Origin: an uncultured Planctomycetaceae bacterium
GTDB taxonomy: Bacteria > Planctomycetota > Planctomycetia > Pirellulales > Thermoguttaceae
Direction of reading: 5' to 3'
DNA length: 53,064 bases
Assembly (NCBI GenBank): GCA_964505295.1
Contig: CAZDHR010000002.1
Coordinates: 1-53,064 of the forward strand
This document shows positions 34,201 to 40,200 of the stretch, piece by piece (within the stretch, counting starts at the first letter, position 1; every line of letters starts with the position of its first letter). Both the position numbers and the translations under genes were made by a program. The notes beneath the pieces are model-generated. The model had not been told where the DNA came from and did no database searches. It saw only the letters and a list, made by a program, of their open reading frames with translations.

Positions 34201-37200
34201 GACGGCGCCGCGGGGCGCACTGAGGCCGCCGCTGGCGAACGTGCCGAGGGACGTGCCGCCGCCGGCCAGCGTGCCGGTCGGAACGACGGTGAAGCCTGGG
34301 GCAAGCCCGTTGAGCCAAACCTTGTTCGGCTGATTGGCGTTGGTCACGAAGGCATCGGAGTCCCCGTCGCCGTCCAGGTCGCCCATCGCCACGTCGGTAC
34401 TGTTAGAGCTACCCAGCGGCGGCCACTGGCTGATCGTGAAGCCTGCGGAGCCGTTATTCAGCCAAACCTGATTGGCTTGGTTGTTCGTGTTCACCACAAA
34501 CGCATCGAGGTCGAAGTCGTCGTCCAAGTCACGGAGGGCGACCGCTTGGCCAAACGAGCCGCTCAGTCCCCCGCCGTAGAGTGTGAATATCCCTGCCCCG
34601 TCGTTCCGCCACACGCGGTCGGCTTGACCGCGGTGAACGGTAAAGGCATCGATGTCGCCGTCGCCGTCCAGGTCGCCGAGGCCGACGTCGGCCGTGTTAT
34701 AGGAGCCCAGGGTCTGGCTGGTATTGGTAAAGGTGGCGGCCCCGTTGTTCCGCCAAACCGTATCGGCCTGGGAACTGTTGTTCCCGACGAACGCATCCAG
34801 GTCGCCGTCGCCGTCCAGGTCCGCAACCGCCACCGACTGAGTGTTGCCGGCGCCGAACGAACTGTCCAGGGTAAAGGTTAAGCCGGTCGAGAGCCAAACC
34901 TCTTCGGCCTGCCCGGAATCGTTGCCGACCAGCACTTCCCAAGCGGAACCGGGGGCCAGGTTCGCCACGACGACGGAAGTGGTCGCGGCACTGCCCAACC
35001 TCTCGGTCGTCTCCAAGAACGTGCCACTAACCGCGTCGTATTCCCAGACCATGTTGGGCTGCGAATAGTTGCCGACAAAGGCATCCAGGTCCCCGTCGTT
35101 GTCGAAGTCCTCCAACGCCACGTCTCGGGTAGCGTAATACGCGTCGGCGAAGGTCAGCGTCTGCGCAAGGGTGAAATTACCCGTCCCGTCGTTAAGCCAC
35201 ACCTCATCCGGGGCCCCGTCGTTTCCGACGAAGGCGTCCAGATGCCCGTCGCCGTCGATGTCTCCCAACGCGACCGAAGAGCTTGGCCTGTTGACGACGT
35301 CCTCCCACCCACCGACAAACACGGCCCCGCCGCTTCCGCTCTTCGCCTTGCCGGTGCTTCCGGCGTCGTAGATAACGCGGATTTCGCTCGCCGACAACGC
35401 GCGGTCGTAGACGGTCACCTCGTCGGCCCGCCCATCCAGCGCCCAGTCGGTGCCGAGCGAGAACGGGGTTCTCCCGATATAAAACGTGGAGCCCGCCGAC
35501 GTGTCGAGGGCCACGGTGCCACTCCAGCCGAAGGAGTTGCCGTTCAAGTAGAGGGTGACTTGGTTGCCGACATTCGTTACCGCCACGTGGTACCACCGGT
35601 TTGTCGACAGAGTGGGGCCCGTAACGGTGCTCCCCCCCTGAGAGAAAATGAGCCGCCTGCCCTGCGTGCCGAGCCAGTAGGACTCGCCGAAGTCGTTGAA
35701 GTCGCCGTAGCCGGCGAAAAAGGCCCCCTCGGTGGGTTGGGAGGGCAACGAGTCGGCCCTGATCCACATTTCGATGGTCCGATCCTCGTTCCCCGTGGGC
35801 AGCAAGGCGGTCGGGGCCCGCACATAGTCGCGCACCGCGCTGGCCGTGTCGAACTGGAACGCCTCGCCCACGTTCCCCGTGTTGAACGTGGTATTGCCGA
35901 CCAGGTTCCCCTCGTTCGGGCCCGAGATGTCTTCCGCGTCCCCCTCGCCGGGCCACCAACTCACCAACCCGTCCGGGAGCTGTATCGAGGCCGGCGCCTC
36001 GTCGTCCAGGTTGGTCAGCGACACGTCGTCCGGGTCCAGGCCGCTGTAGGCCGAATCAGCGCTCGTGGCCGCGCCGATCACCACCGTGAAGCCAATGTCG
36101 CCATCCGGGATCGAGTCATCGACGCCTGTGACCGTAACGACGTGCGGCACGTCCCAACCCAACGTCCCGCCGGAAGTCGGCAGGAAGTGCAAGCTCCCCG
36201 GCGAGACGGTGCCCTCGGTGATGTCGCTCGATGACAGCGGCCAGAACCAGACGTCGCTCGTCGGTTGGCAGTCGAGTACGACGCTGAATTGCGCCACGCC
36301 GCCCTGCTCAGTGGTCACCGGAGCCGTGATCGGCGTAATCGTCACCCCGGCGTCGTCGGCGTCGAGGTTGGTTACCGTCAGGTCCGGGGCGAGCATGTTG
36401 TTGTAGTTCGCATCGGGACTGGAAGCCTGGCCCCTGACGATATAGGGGCGGTCACCGTCGGCAATCGGGCCCTCCGGGTCGGCCAGCCCGGTCACCGTCA
36501 CCGTCTGGGGCACGTTCCAGTCGGCTGAGGTGAATACAACCCGCCCGACGAAGGTACCAAGGATGGGATCGGTGACATCTCCTTCCGAGAAGTCCAAGGA
36601 AGAGAAGTCGATGGTCACGTCCGCCGTCGGCTCGACCGTGAGCACCACGTCGAACTGGGCCGTGCCGCCCTGCTCCGTCGTAAACAGGCCCGAGGTCGGC
36701 GTGATCTGGATGCCGGAGATGTCGTCGTCGAGGTTGGTGACGGTCACCTCCGAGTAGTCGGTCCCGTGGTACGCCGCGTCCATCCCGTGGTAGGGAGATG
36801 ACGTGTCGCTGCTGGAAGCCGGCCCCACGGCAATCGTGTAGACCTGGTCGCCGTCGTCGAGGTCCGGATCGTCATCGACCCCGGTGACGGTCACCGTCTG
36901 GGACACGTTCCAATTCGTCGAGTCGAACGTGAGCGTCGACCCCGAAACGGTGCCCTCGGTCTCGTCGCTGGAACTGATCGGAATGGTGACCGTCTCCCCG
37001 ACCCCCGGCTCCGACGTGAGCGTCACGGTGAACTGGGCCGTGTGGCGCGGGTCGTTCCCATCCTCCGTGGTCGTCAGCCCTGAAATCGGCGTGACCACAA
37101 TGCCAGGCTCGTCCTGCTCAACGGCCACGGGCCCCACCGCGGCGACCAAGTACAAGCCCTGCGTTTCGTTGGCCAGGTTGATCGCCTCCTCAATCGCCTG

Positions 37201-40200
37201 AGCCATTTCGGCGACGGTGTACCCCGGCTGGGCGGGCGAGACCCACGGAAGGAACCCAACCGGCACGGCGCCCGGTGTTACCAACCCGTTCGGCGCGGTC
37301 AGGTCCTCGAACTCGAACACCACCACCGCCGAGCCGTCGCTCAGCTCGAAGGTGACCCCGTCAGAGATCTTGCTCGGGTCGAAGTAGTTGGGATTGCCGG
37401 GATCGGGCGGGACGGAGAGGGCGCTGCCATTGAGGACGTCCAGCGGGCCGGCGTCGACGACCTCGGCGGCCATCGCCGTCGTGTCCACCACGTGATACTC
37501 GGTGCCGATCCGCAGACGAAACGCCCCGGTGCCGTAAGTGGCCAAATCGAACTCGAACGTCAGCACGGCCATGTTGGCGTCGGCATCGTAGCTGACGTCG
37601 ATCGGCAAGATCGGCGTGCCGTCGTCGTCGGGCCTGGCCGTGTCTTGCGTCACCAGGAGTTGGTAGAACTCCACCGTCTCGGCCGCGTCCAGGTCCAATT
37701 CGTCGTCGTTGAAGTAGACTTCGATCGTGTCGCGTTTCTGGGTGAGACTCTCCACCGTGAACGGCAGCGCGCCGGGGAAGAACCTCGCGCCACCTCCGGC
37801 CAACACGACGACGTCGGCCCCCGCATCGGGGACGAGGGTCACGGTGACGTTCTCGAGCGCGCCCGCCGTGATTTGAGCATCGATGGCGGCCACCATCGCC
37901 GCGGCCACGGCGTCCGCGTCCGCGGCGCCTTGAATATCGACGATCCCCAAGCCGGTCGTGCCGTCGTCGCGGAACTCGAAGACCGCCGTGTTGTCGCCGT
38001 CGTACACGCTGAACGTGTCGCCCGTGCTGATCAAGACCGGATCGATCCCGGCGACCCGGACGTCCCCTCGCTCGATCGGTTGCGGGACCACGGCGACGAC
38101 CTGCGAGCCGAGATCGAGCTCGAAGTCGAAAACGAGGTCTTCCCCATCGCGGAAATTCATCCCGTAGACGTTCGTCAACGCCGGCACCGCCACGCCTTCG
38201 ATGTCGGTGTAGCCGTCGGCTCCCACAATGATCATTTGGTAAAGATCATCGGGGAGCGTTTCGGCGAATCGCACGATCACCTCGTTCTCGTTATCGCCGA
38301 TCCCGATCCACCCGATTTCCACGATCTGGTCGTCGCCGTCGCCGAAGGTGCCGTTCACGCTGCGAATAAACTGAATCGACGGTTGGCCCGTGGTATCGCC
38401 CAACGTGACCCGCGACTCCTCAATCTGCGTTCCCTCGTTGAACCGGAGCAGAAGCTCCTTCGGGGCGATGTTCAAGACGTCGCCCTCGTCCATCAGGTCA
38501 CCCTCGTTGGGAATGACGGCGATCAAGTCCGGTGCCGAAACGCCCAAGGGGGCCGCGCCCGCCAACAACGTAAAGTCTTGATCCGTGACGTTTCCGGTAT
38601 GGCCGACGTGAATCGTGTACGTTCCGGCGACCGGCACGTCGATGACGACCTGCTCCACGTTATCAATATGGTTTGCCGTGGTGCGGACCGCGGCGGCCGA
38701 AGGATTCGCCGGGTCGAGTGTCCACGGGTAATGGGTCCCGTCGGGCCCGGTCACCCACAGGTCCAGGTCGTTCACCAGCACCGACGTGGAGACGTCCAAG
38801 CCGGCACCCTGGTCGGTCCCGGCCGGGTCGGTCCAGACGAGGGTGGCCTTTAGCTGCGTGCTTCCATCGGAAACGATGTCCGCCGTCCATCCCGTGCCGT
38901 CGTAGTTCGCCTCCTGCAACACGTAAGTCGACGCCCCCGTGGCCGAGCTGGTGACGAACTCCGCCGCGTCGGCGACGTTCACCAGCCCCCAGCCGTACGT
39001 GTAGTCCGGACCGACGTTTCCGGCGTCCGTGGCCATGTGGATCAGCAAGCCTTTGGTGGTCGCGCTAAGCGGGGCGGAGCCACGCTCGTTCTCGAAATGC
39101 TCGGCAAGCAACACGGCCGACCCCGTCACGTTCGGAGCCGACATCGAGGTGCCGCTCCAATCGTAGGTGTCTCCCTGCGCCGGATCGCCGTCGTAGGCCG
39201 TGTTGCTGAGAACGCCGCTGGTGTCGTACGCCACCGACGAGTGAACCTGGTAGCCGTTGCCGACGACGTCGGGCTTGATCCGCCCATCGTCGGTCGGTCC
39301 ATAGCTGGAGAACGACGTGACGTTGACGTCGGCGGCCGTATACGGATCGGCAGTCACGTCCTCGACGGCCCCCACCACCAACGAGTTCTTGGCCGTCTGC
39401 ATGTTCGACAGCGTGTCGTAGCCGCCGTCGGCCACCCCGTCCCTGCCGGGCGCGGAGACGTCCGAATCGAGGACCAGGTACCAGTCGGCTCCGGCCCAAC
39501 CGGCCAGGCCGGGATCGACCGAGAAGTAGGTTATGTAGGCGCCGTCCCCGTTGACGTCGTAGAAGAAGCCGTCCCCGTCGGAATCGAAGAACTCCTCATT
39601 TCGATCGTTTCCCGCCGCCCAAACGCTCAGCAAAGTCGGGTTGGCGTAAAGGACTTGGTCCAGATTGGCGGTAAACGAGTCGTATTTCCCAAAGCCTTCG
39701 TCTTCCGTGCCCAAGGACCGATCGCCGTACCATACGGCGATCCAGCCGGTCGTCGTCGAGACGCCCGGCCAATTCGCCACCGGCTCGATGGTCCAACCGC
39801 GAACGTATCCGTACGAGTGGTTCGACGCATCGATCAGCGACGCCTCGCTGGCCAACTCGGCGACGTCGTCGCCGGGATTGGCGTCGTTGAAGATGTTGTA
39901 ACTGAGGAGGTTGATGTCGATCCCCATCCCCTTCGCGCTCGAATCGACGCCGGAGGCCGCGATCGTCCCGGCGACATGCGTCGGGTGGTCCTCGTAGGTC
40001 CCGCTGTCGGCGAGCGTGACGCGGCTCCCGCCCGTCCCGTCGCCGAATTCCTGATGGGTTTCCAGGATCAGCCCGCCGTCCCAGACGCCGACGGTGTATC
40101 CGTCGCCCTCCAGGCCCAAACCGGACACGCCCCCGACCTTGAGCTGGTCGGCGTTGGTCGTGTCGGCGGCGTTCACGTTGTACAGCACGTGAACCGGCTC

